From the NCBI GenBank assembly GCA_019058245.1, contig JAHPZJ010000019.1, forward strand, positions 34,371-98,370: a stretch of 64,000 bases of DNA, in the 5' to 3' direction. Position 1 is the first letter of the stretch; every line of letters starts with the position of its first letter. This DNA comes from Promethearchaeota archaeon (GTDB taxonomy: Archaea > Asgardarchaeota > Lokiarchaeia > Sigyniarchaeales > SOKP01). Both the position numbers and the translations under genes were made by a program. Shown in pieces: positions 40,133 to 51,032 of the stretch. The notes beneath the pieces are model-generated. The model was not told where the DNA came from. It was given only the letters and a program-made list of their open reading frames with translations, and did no database searches.

Positions 40133-40897
40133 ATGAGTTATTCACCATTCGAATTTCGAGTATTTCCCATCTTTATCTATTATATTTCTCTATCAATATT
40201 TGGAATTATAGTATCTATTAAAATGTATAACAAATGGAGAGAACGAAATGTACCACCTCCACTTTTTCTTACTCTGGTTTTTTCTTTCCTTACATCAGCC
40301 TTAATTATACTTTCAATAGGATTAGCTGAGGCTGTTATTACTGGTTTTTATAAAGAAATCTATAGGATATCCCTCCCATTAGCGTATAGTATGGTTGTTT
40401 TTGCAGACATTTTCTTATTTATTTTTGCTAGTTATATGATAAATAAGGGAAAAAGAGCTTTTCCTATAATAATAATTGTTGGGATAATACTGATTATTAT
40501 TCTCTTTCTTCCTTGGAATTGGTGGGGTGTTCCTCGAGAGGATTATGAAGGGAAACTTAATATAAGATTGTATTCTACTGGAGGGCTTGTAGTTTTTTCA
40601 TTTTTAATATATGGGTATATTGCTTTAATATCCCAAAAAGTAAAACGTAACGTCGATGATGAAATCATGCGTACTGGATTGAGATTATTGTTTTATTCAA
40701 TGATAAGTTTAATTTTTTTGTTTTTAATGCTAATTATGGATACATTGATGATTATATTTTTTAACCATCCTGGATATTCTGGATTCACTTATATTGCTTG
40801 GATTTTTGGTTTAATTTTTATTGTACTTTCTTATTTATCGTTAATTATGCCTGATTGGTTAGTTAAAAGAATTAAAAAAAAATATGGTTATAGCTAG
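40133..40897 (+). CDS. Stand-alone 7-TM membrane protein
   Basis: Seven hydrophobic segments; ends in SLIMPDWLVKR with no cytoplasmic output domain. Confidence 0.7.
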   Translation: MSYSPFEFRVFPIFIYYISLSIFGIIVSIKMYNKWRERNVPPPLFLTLVFSFLTSALIILSIGLAEAVITGFYKEIYRISLPLAYSMVVFADIFLFIFASYMINKGKRAFPIIIIVGIILIIILFLPWNWWGVPREDYEGKLNIRLYSTGGLVVFSFLIYGYIALISQKVKRNVDDEIMRTGLRLLFYSMISLIFLFLMLIMDTLMIIFFNHPGYSGFTYIAWIFGLIFIVLSYLSLIMPDWLVKRIKKKYGYS

Positions 40898-41083
40898 TAA
40901 AAATACTTTTTTTAATAATATAGAGAAAAAAATATAGGGAAATACAAAATTAAGTGGTTTTAAGATAAATAGTTGGATTTTATGTACTTCCCATAAATTT
41001 ATAGCATATTTTCTTCAGTAAATTTAAAATTCAATTTGAAAATAAACAGTTACTTCACTTCAAGAATTACTTTTCTTTTCCAA

Positions 41084-41470
41084 TTAAGGAAGTAATGCAA
41101 TAACTTCTATTTCAATATCAATATCCTTAAGGGGGGATAGTGCTTGAATAGTTACTCTTGCAGGTTCTTGACCTTCTAAAAAGTACTTTCGATAAATTTC
41201 ATTCATTTGATCAAATTCATTTATATCCTTCATATATACAACAACTTTTAGGATATCATTCATTGTTGCTCCAGAAGATTCTAGTAAGAACTTGATATTC
41301 TCCAAAGATTGCCTTGTCTGTTCAACAATATTACCACTAAGAATCTTATCTGTCTTTAGATCTATCGAAAGTTGACTTGTAAGAAATAATAAATTACCTG
41401 CTTTTACAACATGGTTAAATGGAGATTGAGTTTTTTTAATTCCATTGATTTTTACAATTTCTTTTTTCAT
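41084..41470 (-). CDS. ridA: RidA/YjgF family enamine deaminase
   Basis: PFNHVVKAGNLLF, QTRQSLENI, MNEIY, PARVT, IEIEVIA. Confidence 0.9.
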   Translation of the reverse strand: MKKEIVKINGIKKTQSPFNHVVKAGNLLFLTSQLSIDLKTDKILSGNIVEQTRQSLENIKFLLESSGATMNDILKVVVYMKDINEFDQMNEIYRKYFLEGQEPARVTIQALSPLKDIDIEIEVIALLP

Positions 41471-41608
41471 ATTTGAATCACTATAATTTATTCTAATTTC
41501 TCTATTAATACAGATAGGGACTTCAAATTTCTTTTGAAGATAAATTACTTATTAATAATCATTACTATCCAAAAATTTTTAAGTTTAAATTCAGATTCAA
41601 ATTCAGTC

Positions 41609-42532
41609 ATGTCGCATTATATTAGAGAACTAGAATTCGCAATTGATATAGTTGAAAAAGCATCAAGAATAACTGAATGGTTTAGAAGAAAAGGATTCGA
41701 ATCTTTTTTAAAATCTGACCAGTCTCCAGTAACTTTAGCAGATCTGGCTTCTCAAATTTATGTTATTTCGCAGTTAAAAGAATATTTTCCAGAGGATGGG
41801 ATAATAGCAGAAGAAGAGAATATTGAATTCGTAAATATTGAAGCTGAAACTCTGATTAATAAATGTTTCAATGAATTAAATTTAAAAAAATTAACAAATC
41901 TAAAAAATTTTGTAAGATTTCGAGGTAAACCTTCTGAACGTCAATGGACAATTGATCCTATTGATGGTACAATTGGATATCAAAAGGGATTGTCTTATGC
42001 TATAGGTCTTGGTTTTATGATAAAATCAATCCCAAAAGTGTGTGCTATTGCGATACCAAATTATAATAATTACCCATTAGCTATATTTGTTGCTGAAGAA
42101 GGTCAAGGATCTCGGGCTTTATATAATAACAAGAATTTTAATCCAATCAGAGTAAATCAAAATGAAAAAATAGATAATATTCGATTATGTCATTCATTAC
42201 ATTATGATCAACCTTGGGTTCTCAATTTTGCTAAAAAAATTGGGATAAAGAACTACATTCAAATTGACAGCATGGCAAAATTTTGCATGGTAGCCGATGG
42301 TACCGCCGATTTATATATTAAACCTCTAGATCCAGATAAATCTTTTAGTTGGGATTTTATGCCTGGAGATTTACTGGTGAGGGAAGCAGGTGGTAGTGTA
42401 ACAGACTTGAATGGTGAACGATTAAAATTTAACGAAAGAAAATGTTTATGGACAAAACCGGGAATTATTGCTTCAAATGGAATGCTTCAAAAGAAAATAC
42501 TGGAATTAATTAAAATAAATCCCTCTAATTAA
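41609..42532 (+). CDS. 3'(2'),5'-bisphosphate nucleotidase, HAL2/CysQ-type inositol monophosphatase family
   Basis: KSDQSPVTLAD, AEE, WTIDPIDGT, DSMAKF, SWD, EAGGSVTD; ATG at 41609. Confidence 0.88.
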   Translation: MSHYIRELEFAIDIVEKASRITEWFRRKGFESFLKSDQSPVTLADLASQIYVISQLKEYFPEDGIIAEEENIEFVNIEAETLINKCFNELNLKKLTNLKNFVRFRGKPSERQWTIDPIDGTIGYQKGLSYAIGLGFMIKSIPKVCAIAIPNYNNYPLAIFVAEEGQGSRALYNNKNFNPIRVNQNEKIDNIRLCHSLHYDQPWVLNFAKKIGIKNYIQIDSMAKFCMVADGTADLYIKPLDPDKSFSWDFMPGDLLVREAGGSVTDLNGERLKFNERKCLWTKPGIIASNGMLQKKILELIKINPSN

Positions 42533-42542
42533 TTATATTGAT

Positions 42543-43631
42543 TCATGTGTATGCAAAAGGTAATAAACTTATTTGTCTAACTTTTTGATTTTTTTCTAAA
42601 TTTGATAATTTGATCCCTACTAATCGTACTTTTCTTTTTTTATCAGAGAATTCTTTGAATAATTCCAAGATAATCTTTAAAACATATTTTTCATCTTGAA
42701 TATGAAACGGCAATGTTCTCGAACGAGTATAAGTTATAAAACCTTCAAATCTAATTTTTAAGGTAATTGTTTTATATGTAATATGATGCTTTAATATTGA
42801 TTTATGAATTCTTGTATTAATATCTTCAAACTTCGATAAAATTTCATTAAAGTCATCTGTATCTGAGAGAAATGTTCTTTCTGCGCTGATAGATTTCCTC
42901 TCTTCATAAAATTCTTTAACTTTACGATGGTCTAAACCATTTGCGACATTCCAAATCCATTTTCCATGTTTTCCAAATAATTTTATCATCGTGGGTAAAG
43001 GTGTTTTTATAATATCCCCGATTTTTCTAATTCCCTTTTTAACATAATATACTTTAGTTTTTTTACCAATACCCGGAATACGGGTAATATCCTTTTCTTT
43101 TAGAAAGTCAAATATTTTCTCGGGTTTTACAATTGTAATCCCATTAGGTTTATTTTCATCAGAAGCAATTTTAGCCAAGGATTTTGTTGGAGCAATACCA
43201 ATTGAAATTGTAATGCCAATCTTTTTAAAAACTTCTTTTTGGATGTTATTTGCAATTTCATAAGCCTTTTCAAAATTAAGAGTAATCTCTGTTAATTCTA
43301 AATATGCTTCATCTGTTCCAACTTTTTGAAAGTTAGAACTATATCTCTCTAATAGTTCCATTACCTCATTAGATACTTTATGATATTTATTACCATTGGG
43401 TTTTAAGTAAACCCCATGAGGACATTTTCTATATGCCAAGGATATAGGCATAGCAGAATGTAAACCATACTTTCTAGCTTCGTAATTACAGGTTGCTATA
43501 ACACCTCTTCCTTTACCTTCTTTTGGATCTGCTCCTATTATAACAGGTTTACCTTTCAACTGTGGATTATCTCTTATTTCCACTGCCGCAAAAAAGCAAT
43601 CAAGATCGCAGTGTAAAATAATACGACTCAT
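42543..43631 (-). CDS. dinB: Y-family DNA polymerase IV (DinB/Dpo4)
   Basis: HCDLDCFFAAVE, NYEARKYG, TDEAYL, AKIASDENKP, PGIG; C-terminal PIP-like QISLLPF. Confidence 0.95.
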   Translation of the reverse strand: MSRIILHCDLDCFFAAVEIRDNPQLKGKPVIIGADPKEGKGRGVIATCNYEARKYGLHSAMPISLAYRKCPHGVYLKPNGNKYHKVSNEVMELLERYSSNFQKVGTDEAYLELTEITLNFEKAYEIANNIQKEVFKKIGITISIGIAPTKSLAKIASDENKPNGITIVKPEKIFDFLKEKDITRIPGIGKKTKVYYVKKGIRKIGDIIKTPLPTMIKLFGKHGKWIWNVANGLDHRKVKEFYEERKSISAERTFLSDTDDFNEILSKFEDINTRIHKSILKHHITYKTITLKIRFEGFITYTRSRTLPFHIQDEKYVLKIILELFKEFSDKKRKVRLVGIKLSNLEKNQKVRQISLLPFAYT

Positions 43632-43868
43632 AATTTAAGGATATGAAGATAAAAAAAATAATAATCAAAATCAAATATATTATTTCAATGAAGACTATAG
43701 AGTAAAAGAGTTATGCTATATTAAAAAATGAAAGAGAATATGGAATTATTGAATTTTTTTTCTCTTAGCTTTTAAGCATTTAAAGCAAATTTTCTTAAAT
43801 AGAAATATTTATTATTTATTTTTATAATTAAACTAATAAGAATTAAATTTAATCTTAAATGATAGAGT

Positions 43869-46800
43869 ATGTCTGATATCGAACTTTTAGAGGAATATAA
43901 AGGTGTATTTACAGATTTAATAAAATCTGGAAAAAAATATACTTATTTAGTGGGGGCAGGTATTTCAATGGATCCCCCCTCAAGTATCCCATCTGCAAGG
44001 GAAATAGTGAGAGCTATGTTAGAATTATGTGCTCCTATGGAAGAAATTAATAATCTATTATCATTGAGAACACTTCGTTATGAAATGATGATTGAAAAGA
44101 TAAAAAATAACGTAGATAAAAATCTACATTTTTTAGATTATTTGGAACTAATTGACCAACCTAATTATATTCATTATTATTTAGCGAATGCTGTAGCAAA
44201 GAGGCAAGACTATGTTGTTACAACTAATTTTGATTTTATGATTGAAAGAGCTCTTCAAAATATTATCCCTCCTGAAAAACAGAAAGACATCCTTCCAGTT
44301 ATCACTAGGGACGATTTTGATACTAAATATAGACCACATGACCTTTATACCGAAGGAAAATTCCCAATCTACAAAATCCATGGTTCAAAGCGAGATATTA
44401 TTACGGCAAAAGATACTAAGGATTCTCTAATCACAACCATGGCCGCACTAGGTAAAGATAGAGAAGTGCAAGAGACCTTTGCTCTGGAAACTTATAAGAA
44501 ACAGGCTATTTATAATTTAATGAAAGATCAAACACTTATCGTGATGGGATATTCGGGATCTGACGATTTTGATATTGGTCCTACGTTAAAAACTATAACT
44601 TATCTTGATGAATTAATTTGGATAGAACATAGTCAGGATGAAAAAATATTAAAAATTAATAAAAATCTCTCAGGAAAAACATTAGATTCATTCTCTCATT
44701 CAGAAAAATTACTAATTGAGATTGCTACGCAAGCTGATTTCGATGTTTTTCTAATAAGAATTAATACAAGTAAGTTTGTAAAGGAAATTCTATGGCAGAA
44801 TTTATTAAGTGAAATTTCAATTCCAATTTTCGATAGTTTAAAAATAAAAGAAATTCCAGATTTTAAAAACTGGGTTCAGAAAGAGTTTAAAGACGTTAGC
44901 CTGTCAGAAGTAAAAAAATATATGATTTCTTGTAGTATCTATAATGAGTTAAGTCTAAGCAATGAGTGCTATTCAAATGCAGAAAAAGGGTTAAATTTAG
45001 CTAAATTAGCAAAGGATAATGATTCACAGACCTTTTTCCTAAATTATCTTGGCACTCATAATCTTAAAAAGGGAGCCCTTGAAGAAGCTGAGAATTATTT
45101 TAGAGAATCATTAAAATTATCGGAAGAATTAGAGAATCCATTGAAAAAAGCTATTGCATTGTCTAATCTTGGACATTTAATAATGAAAAAAAATGAACTA
45201 AGACTAAATTTCAATTCTAAAGAAGCTCGTGAGATAACGCTTGAAGCATTACAACTTTTTGATAAAGAAAAAGATAGCATAGGAAAACTGGCATGTCTTA
45301 ATAACCTTGCTGAGGTATATCTATGGGAAGGATCCTTTCTAGAAGCTATGCAAGATTTAATGAATGCTCTTACATTGGTAATGGATATAGGAAACTTAGA
45401 GATTAAAGCAACAATTTCGAATAACATTGGTTGGATTACAAGTAGAGTATTATTAGAAGATAGTCTAAAAGTTTCTATGGAAAAAATTAATGATGCATTA
45501 AATATTAGAGATCAAATTGGAGATAAAAGCGGATTGGCAAATTGCTTGCGAAATATTGGAGATTTGAATTTTAACTTTCATAATTACAATCAAGCACTTG
45601 AATATTACATAAAAGAATTAGAGTTAAGAAACTCATTAGGCGAAGTAAAAGAAAAAGTAGCAGCTCTTATATCAATTGGTTGGGTTTATTATAGAATGAG
45701 AAACCTTAATGAAGCTTCAAAGTCATTTCAAAAAGCATTAGAGATTAATAGGAAATTAAATGATAAACTCCATATTGCCTATAATGCTTCTGCATTAGGA
45801 TATATTTCATATTTACAAGGTGAGTTAAACACTTCTATTGATTTTTTTAGAGAATCTCAACAAATCTATTCGGATTTAAAAATTGAAGCAAAATTAAAAG
45901 AAATTCAATTGTATATAGATTTCCTAGAATTAAGAACTTCTGAAGTCCAAAAAGACACTTTAATTAACCTTTTACCCCCCGCTATTAAGGATCTCGAAGA
46001 TATAAGGGAACAACAAAAGGTTTTAGAAACAGATGTTTGTAAAAAAAGAGGTCCGATTGATATATTAAACCAATCTCTTTATCTTATTTATCATGGAATA
46101 CTGCATGCATTAAAAGATGACCTTCAAAAAGCTAAGGAAAAGATTGAGGGCGGGTTATATTCCGCGTATATTTCCGGAAACATGGAAGAGGTTTTTCCTT
46201 TATATAAAGGAATAATTGATTCTGGTCTATTAATAAGACCTTTAAATCTTGAACGAACGAGGTTTGATTATGTTTATCGGGATGATAATATAATATCCCC
46301 AGAAGAAGCTGAATGGCTCCATAGTAGTTATTCGAGGAAAAAATTAACTGTAGCCCATGATTTATTCGAAGAGGCTTACAATGATTCTCAACTCGGCAAT
46401 AATCAAATTGCAATAGAAAAATTTGAAAAAGCCAGAGAAATCTACGAAGAATTCGATGAAATTGAGTTTATAAACACCATTGATAATTATATCACTACCA
46501 TAAAAATGATATCAGGAGAATTTGATAATTCTGTTGAAAGTTTGGATCAACACCTATTTAAACAAGTGAAATCAACCATTGATATTGGTAATAAACAAGC
46601 TACTGAGGGAGACCTGGTAGGACTAAAGCATAACGTAAAAATTGCCTCTCAAATGAAAGATAGATTAGAAAATTTAAGACATAAAGATGATACATATAAT
46701 CAGCTTTATAATATGCTTGGAGATTTTATAAATAATAATGAAGCAAAAGTGGCTGATGTCAACGAGGAGGATATTTCATATAAGGGAACACATGAATTTA

Positions 46801-49364
46801 CTAAAGTTGCTGATGATCTAGTTAGACAAGAAGCTATAAGAAAAGATAAAGCTCGGGAGCTATTTGAATCAATCGGGATTGGTGATAATGAAGATGCTGG
46901 AATTGATCTAACTACTATGGGCACGATTATAGACGATAGAGAGAAATTTATTCATGAACATTCAGAAGAATGGTTGATAACACTGAATAAATTAATAGCT
47001 ATGGCAGATTTGGCTGGATCGATGGGAAAAATGAAAGATAAAGTTGAAACAATGATATTCATTGGTAAATATTTCCAAAGTGCAGATGAATTAGAAGCGG
47101 CCTTATCTAAATACCAAGAATGTCTAAAAAATGCTTTAACAATTGGGCATCAAGAATTTCAAGCAAAAAGCTTAATCCGTATGGGCGATGTACTGTTTAA
47201 TCAAGGAAAATATGAAGACTCTCTTGATAATTGTGAAAAATCATTAAGAATCTTTGAAGAACTTAAAAAAGAAGAAGAAAAAATCGAACCTCTTAATCTA
47301 ATTGGAAGGATATATGCTCAGAGAGGTGATTTAGAAAGGGCTTTCAAACGATTAAATGAGGCTATAGAAATCGATACTAATGAAAAGGAAATAATTGCTT
47401 ATAAGGCTGATTCTTATGGACGTTTAGGGGAATTACATAAACAACAAAATAATTTTCTCGAAGCTTATGATAATTTCTTTGAGGCATTATATATTTATGA
47501 AGAATTAGAAGGAAAAGAGCAAATGTTAGCACCTCTTCACTATAATCTGGGTCTTTTAGATAAAAGTATTAACGATGTGGAAAAAGCACTTACTAATTTT
47601 GAAGATGCATTGTCTATATATCAAGAAATTAACTTTCTTGATTATGTACCAAAGTTACAAGAAGAAATTAATATTTTAAAAGCAAGACTCTCTAATCCAG
47701 AAACCAAGGGAGAAGATAAAGCTAAACTTGCATTAAAATGCGCAAAATTATATTTATATGATGATGCTTTGGTAGCCTCTAATGAAGCAATCGAGATTTT
47801 TACTTCGATAGGAAAATTGCCAGAAAAAGCACAGATGCTTCAACTTTCGGGAGAACTTAATGATGCCTTAGGAGAGATTGAAGAGGCTAAATATCTCTTT
47901 AATGAAGCTCTAATAGCTTATAATGAAATTGGTAATCATGAAAAGATCGAACAAGTAAAAGACTTTTTAAATAAAATAAACGAAGCAATAGCAGATCCTG
48001 AATATATGATTCAATATCTTAATAAAAAGGTAGAATCTCTCCTTAATGACGGTAAAGAATCTGAAGCACTTTTAAAATATAGTTCTCTGCTGAATTTTTA
48101 TGATCAAATACAAGACGTAATCGGGAAGGCAACCTGCTTCCGAAACATAGCAGATATTCATTACAACAGACAAGAAGTAACTGAAGCTATGGATAATTAC
48201 CTGAAATGTATAGAAATATTTGAGAAGAATAATGAGAATTCGGAAATTGTACCTCCACTACAAAAAATGGGTTATATTTATGAGCAACAATTCGAATATG
48301 AAAAGGCTCTGGAGTATTTCCAAAAAACTCTGAATATTACCCAAACTACAGAAAATCAGTTTGGTATAGGAATAGCTTTAATAGATATAGCAAGGATATT
48401 ACAAACCCAAAAGAAGTTGGATAAAGCTTTAGATTTTTATAAGCAATCCTTGGAGATTTTCGAACAATTGGATAATAATAACAATATCGCTTATATTTTC
48501 AAAATGATAGGCTTAGTTTATGATGAACAAGGAAAGTTTGATAAAGCATTAGATGTATTGGAACAAGCACGCGCTTTATATGAAGAGTTAAATAATAAGG
48601 ATGCGCTTGGGGGAGTATATAATTCGTTGGCAAATATTTATGAAAGTTTGGGGAAGTTAGATGATGCTCTAAAATATTATAATAACGCCTTGGAAATCTC
48701 AGAAGAAGTCAATGACATTTCAGGAAAAGCAGCATACTTATTTAATATAGGCCTTATCTATAGTTCAAAAGAAGAATATACCATAGCATCAGAACATTAT
48801 GATGAAGCAATGGTCATTGCTGAAGAACTTAATCTCCCACAATATAAGGCACCATTCTTACTTGGGATGGGATTAATTGATAAAAAATTAGGGAACTTAG
48901 ATACTGCTCTGCAAAAATTCAATAAAAGTCTTGAAATTAACGAACGAATTGGATATTCCGAGGGAATTATAGAATCTTTAAATAATATTGGAAATATCTT
49001 TTTGAGAAAAGGAAACCTAAATTCTGCTGAAGAATCATTCACAAGAGCGTTTCAATTAGCTGAAAAAATAGATAGCATCAAGAAGAAAGCATATTGTCGT
49101 AGTGCTATGGGAGATCTATATCGTTATCAAAACGATATACATAAAGCGTTAGACATGTACAAAGATGCATTAGAAGTTTTCGAACAATTGGAAATTAAGG
49201 AAGAAATTGCGTATAACCTCAAAAAACTCGGAAAAACTTATTTCAAACTAGGTGATAAAACTAAGTATATAGAAGTTATGCAAAAAGCAAGTGATTTATA
49301 CGCAGAAATAGGATTAGAGAAAAAAGTAAAACATATCCAACAAGAGTTAAATTCTAATTCTTAA
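43869..49364 (+). CDS. SIR2-like (SIR2_2) NADase domain fused to two long TPR arrays, 1831 aa
   Basis: YLVGAGIS, VVTTNFD, YKIHGS and VMGYSGSDDFDI in aa ~25-240; ~40-aa TPR/SNAP-like repeats at aa ~350-690 and ~1050-1830. Confidence 0.9.
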   Translation: MSDIELLEEYKGVFTDLIKSGKKYTYLVGAGISMDPPSSIPSAREIVRAMLELCAPMEEINNLLSLRTLRYEMMIEKIKNNVDKNLHFLDYLELIDQPNYIHYYLANAVAKRQDYVVTTNFDFMIERALQNIIPPEKQKDILPVITRDDFDTKYRPHDLYTEGKFPIYKIHGSKRDIITAKDTKDSLITTMAALGKDREVQETFALETYKKQAIYNLMKDQTLIVMGYSGSDDFDIGPTLKTITYLDELIWIEHSQDEKILKINKNLSGKTLDSFSHSEKLLIEIATQADFDVFLIRINTSKFVKEILWQNLLSEISIPIFDSLKIKEIPDFKNWVQKEFKDVSLSEVKKYMISCSIYNELSLSNECYSNAEKGLNLAKLAKDNDSQTFFLNYLGTHNLKKGALEEAENYFRESLKLSEELENPLKKAIALSNLGHLIMKKNELRLNFNSKEAREITLEALQLFDKEKDSIGKLACLNNLAEVYLWEGSFLEAMQDLMNALTLVMDIGNLEIKATISNNIGWITSRVLLEDSLKVSMEKINDALNIRDQIGDKSGLANCLRNIGDLNFNFHNYNQALEYYIKELELRNSLGEVKEKVAALISIGWVYYRMRNLNEASKSFQKALEINRKLNDKLHIAYNASALGYISYLQGELNTSIDFFRESQQIYSDLKIEAKLKEIQLYIDFLELRTSEVQKDTLINLLPPAIKDLEDIREQQKVLETDVCKKRGPIDILNQSLYLIYHGILHALKDDLQKAKEKIEGGLYSAYISGNMEEVFPLYKGIIDSGLLIRPLNLERTRFDYVYRDDNIISPEEAEWLHSSYSRKKLTVAHDLFEEAYNDSQLGNNQIAIEKFEKAREIYEEFDEIEFINTIDNYITTIKMISGEFDNSVESLDQHLFKQVKSTIDIGNKQATEGDLVGLKHNVKIASQMKDRLENLRHKDDTYNQLYNMLGDFINNNEAKVADVNEEDISYKGTHEFTKVADDLVRQEAIRKDKARELFESIGIGDNEDAGIDLTTMGTIIDDREKFIHEHSEEWLITLNKLIAMADLAGSMGKMKDKVETMIFIGKYFQSADELEAALSKYQECLKNALTIGHQEFQAKSLIRMGDVLFNQGKYEDSLDNCEKSLRIFEELKKEEEKIEPLNLIGRIYAQRGDLERAFKRLNEAIEIDTNEKEIIAYKADSYGRLGELHKQQNNFLEAYDNFFEALYIYEELEGKEQMLAPLHYNLGLLDKSINDVEKALTNFEDALSIYQEINFLDYVPKLQEEINILKARLSNPETKGEDKAKLALKCAKLYLYDDALVASNEAIEIFTSIGKLPEKAQMLQLSGELNDALGEIEEAKYLFNEALIAYNEIGNHEKIEQVKDFLNKINEAIADPEYMIQYLNKKVESLLNDGKESEALLKYSSLLNFYDQIQDVIGKATCFRNIADIHYNRQEVTEAMDNYLKCIEIFEKNNENSEIVPPLQKMGYIYEQQFEYEKALEYFQKTLNITQTTENQFGIGIALIDIARILQTQKKLDKALDFYKQSLEIFEQLDNNNNIAYIFKMIGLVYDEQGKFDKALDVLEQARALYEELNNKDALGGVYNSLANIYESLGKLDDALKYYNNALEISEEVNDISGKAAYLFNIGLIYSSKEEYTIASEHYDEAMVIAEELNLPQYKAPFLLGMGLIDKKLGNLDTALQKFNKSLEINERIGYSEGIIESLNNIGNIFLRKGNLNSAEESFTRAFQLAEKIDSIKKKAYCRSAMGDLYRYQNDIHKALDMYKDALEVFEQLEIKEEIAYNLKKLGKTYFKLGDKTKYIEVMQKASDLYAEIGLEKKVKHIQQELNSNS

Positions 49365-49448
49365 TAGTCTCTTTTTTTACAGTTTAATTTCTGTAATTAT
49401 AGCAAGAAAATTCATAAAAAATTTAACAACACCTTTATTTTACTTCTT

Positions 49449-50135
49449 ATGGCAATAAACAAAGAAGATCAACTTCGAATAGACGTTGTTAGAGGAGCAA
49501 AAGCAGTTTTTACAAAAGGATTAGTAGAAGCTGGAGAAGGAAATGTGAGTGTGAGACATGGAAAGAAAGAAGAATTATTCATCACACCTTCATTTAATCA
49601 ATATGAAACACTTAAAAAAGATGAAATTGTTCATTTAAATTTTGAAGGAACCTCCATAAGTGCGGGGAAATTACCTTCAACGGAAGCAAAAATGCATATT
49701 GAGATCTATAAAACAAGACCGAAAGTACAATCAATAATTCACACACATTCACCTTTTGCTACCATGCTCTCAATCGTAAGAAAAAGTATCCCAGTTATAA
49801 TGGAAGAAATGTATATCTTTTTAGGTGGATCTGTCGATGTTTCGGAATTTGGAGAAGCTCATACTTTAGAAATTGGTGAAGCTGCATTAAAAGCTCTAGA
49901 TACAAAAAATGCAGCTCTATTAGCGAATCATGGGGTTATTGTTTGTGGAAAATCATTAGACCATGCAATTAAATTTGCCGAGTTAGTAGAGAAGCTTGCT
50001 AAGATGTATTGGGGGTCTTTACAAATTGGAACTCCCTATGTAATTTCTGAGAAACAACTTGAACCATTTGAAAAACTCTACGAAAGTATGTTTGCAAACT
50101 ATCCTCGACATTTGCGAAAAAGAATAGAAAAATAA
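49449..50135 (+). CDS. Class II aldolase/adducin family protein (L-fuculose-phosphate aldolase-like)
   Basis: GNVSVR, ITPS, PSTE..MH, HTHS, LANHG. Confidence 0.92.
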   Translation: MAINKEDQLRIDVVRGAKAVFTKGLVEAGEGNVSVRHGKKEELFITPSFNQYETLKKDEIVHLNFEGTSISAGKLPSTEAKMHIEIYKTRPKVQSIIHTHSPFATMLSIVRKSIPVIMEEMYIFLGGSVDVSEFGEAHTLEIGEAALKALDTKNAALLANHGVIVCGKSLDHAIKFAELVEKLAKMYWGSLQIGTPYVISEKQLEPFEKLYESMFANYPRHLRKRIEK

Positions 50136-50157
50136 CATTCCGGTAAAGTTGATATTT

Positions 50158-50988
50158 ATGCAATTAGGTATTAGTACGTTAGGTCATATTTCTGAAATGG
50201 GATTAAATGGTAAATATAAAAATCTTTTTGACCTACATCTTAAAGCTTCAGAAGAATGCCTTAATTTTGTAGAAAAATCTGGAATTAATGTAATAGAATT
50301 AATTATTGAATCTCCAGTTATAGCTAATCGTGAAAATAAACAAAAGTTTATTGACCTTGTAAATTCCTATTCTTTAGAAAAGCAGGTACATGGTCCTTTT
50401 ATCGACATGAATTTATGTTCTCTTAATAAATATATTTCTAAGGCTTCGATAGAATCTTACCTTGAAGCCATAAAATTATGTGATGATATCGACAGCAAAA
50501 TGATAACTATCCATCCTGGATCTGCGGATTTTGTAGTGCCTTCAATTAGAGAATTTAATAAAACAAAATTGAAATCTGCAATCCATCAATTATTTGGTAC
50601 TAAAACAAATGAGAATTTAATGATTTGTTTAGAAAATATGCCTCAAAATTACCATATCATGACCGATAACAAGAATATTGAAGAAGTCCTCAATATTATT
50701 GATCATAAAAATCTTTTCCTTACCTATGATACTAGTCATTTTTACACTTGTGATGGTGACGTGCAGCAGCTTTGGATGATATTTCAAAAAATAATAAAAA
50801 ATATTCATATTGTTGATAATAACTCTAAATTAATTGATACCCATCCGCCATTAGGAACAGGAAAGGTTGATTTTAAAAAAATCTTTGATATAATTTCAGA
50901 ATATAATTATAATGGATCGTTAATTCTTGAATTATCCAATGCAAAATCATTAAATCAAAGTATTAATTTTATTAACAAGTTTTTATAA
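50158..50988 (+). CDS. Sugar phosphate isomerase/epimerase (xylose isomerase-like TIM barrel)
   Basis: HGPF.D.NL.S, TIHPG, LENMP, DTSH, HIVDN, H.PLGTG, ILE. Confidence 0.88.
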   Translation: MQLGISTLGHISEMGLNGKYKNLFDLHLKASEECLNFVEKSGINVIELIIESPVIANRENKQKFIDLVNSYSLEKQVHGPFIDMNLCSLNKYISKASIESYLEAIKLCDDIDSKMITIHPGSADFVVPSIREFNKTKLKSAIHQLFGTKTNENLMICLENMPQNYHIMTDNKNIEEVLNIIDHKNLFLTYDTSHFYTCDGDVQQLWMIFQKIIKNIHIVDNNSKLIDTHPPLGTGKVDFKKIFDIISEYNYNGSLILELSNAKSLNQSINFINKFL

Positions 50989-51032
50989 ATACTTAATAAT
51001 TGTAAGAAAAATTACTATTTTATAGATTTAAG

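Noticed and set aside
16225-49364. HerA and SIR2 as a Sir2-HerA defence system
   Set aside because: The genes are about 26 kb apart with housekeeping genes between them; known systems are adjacent two-gene operons.
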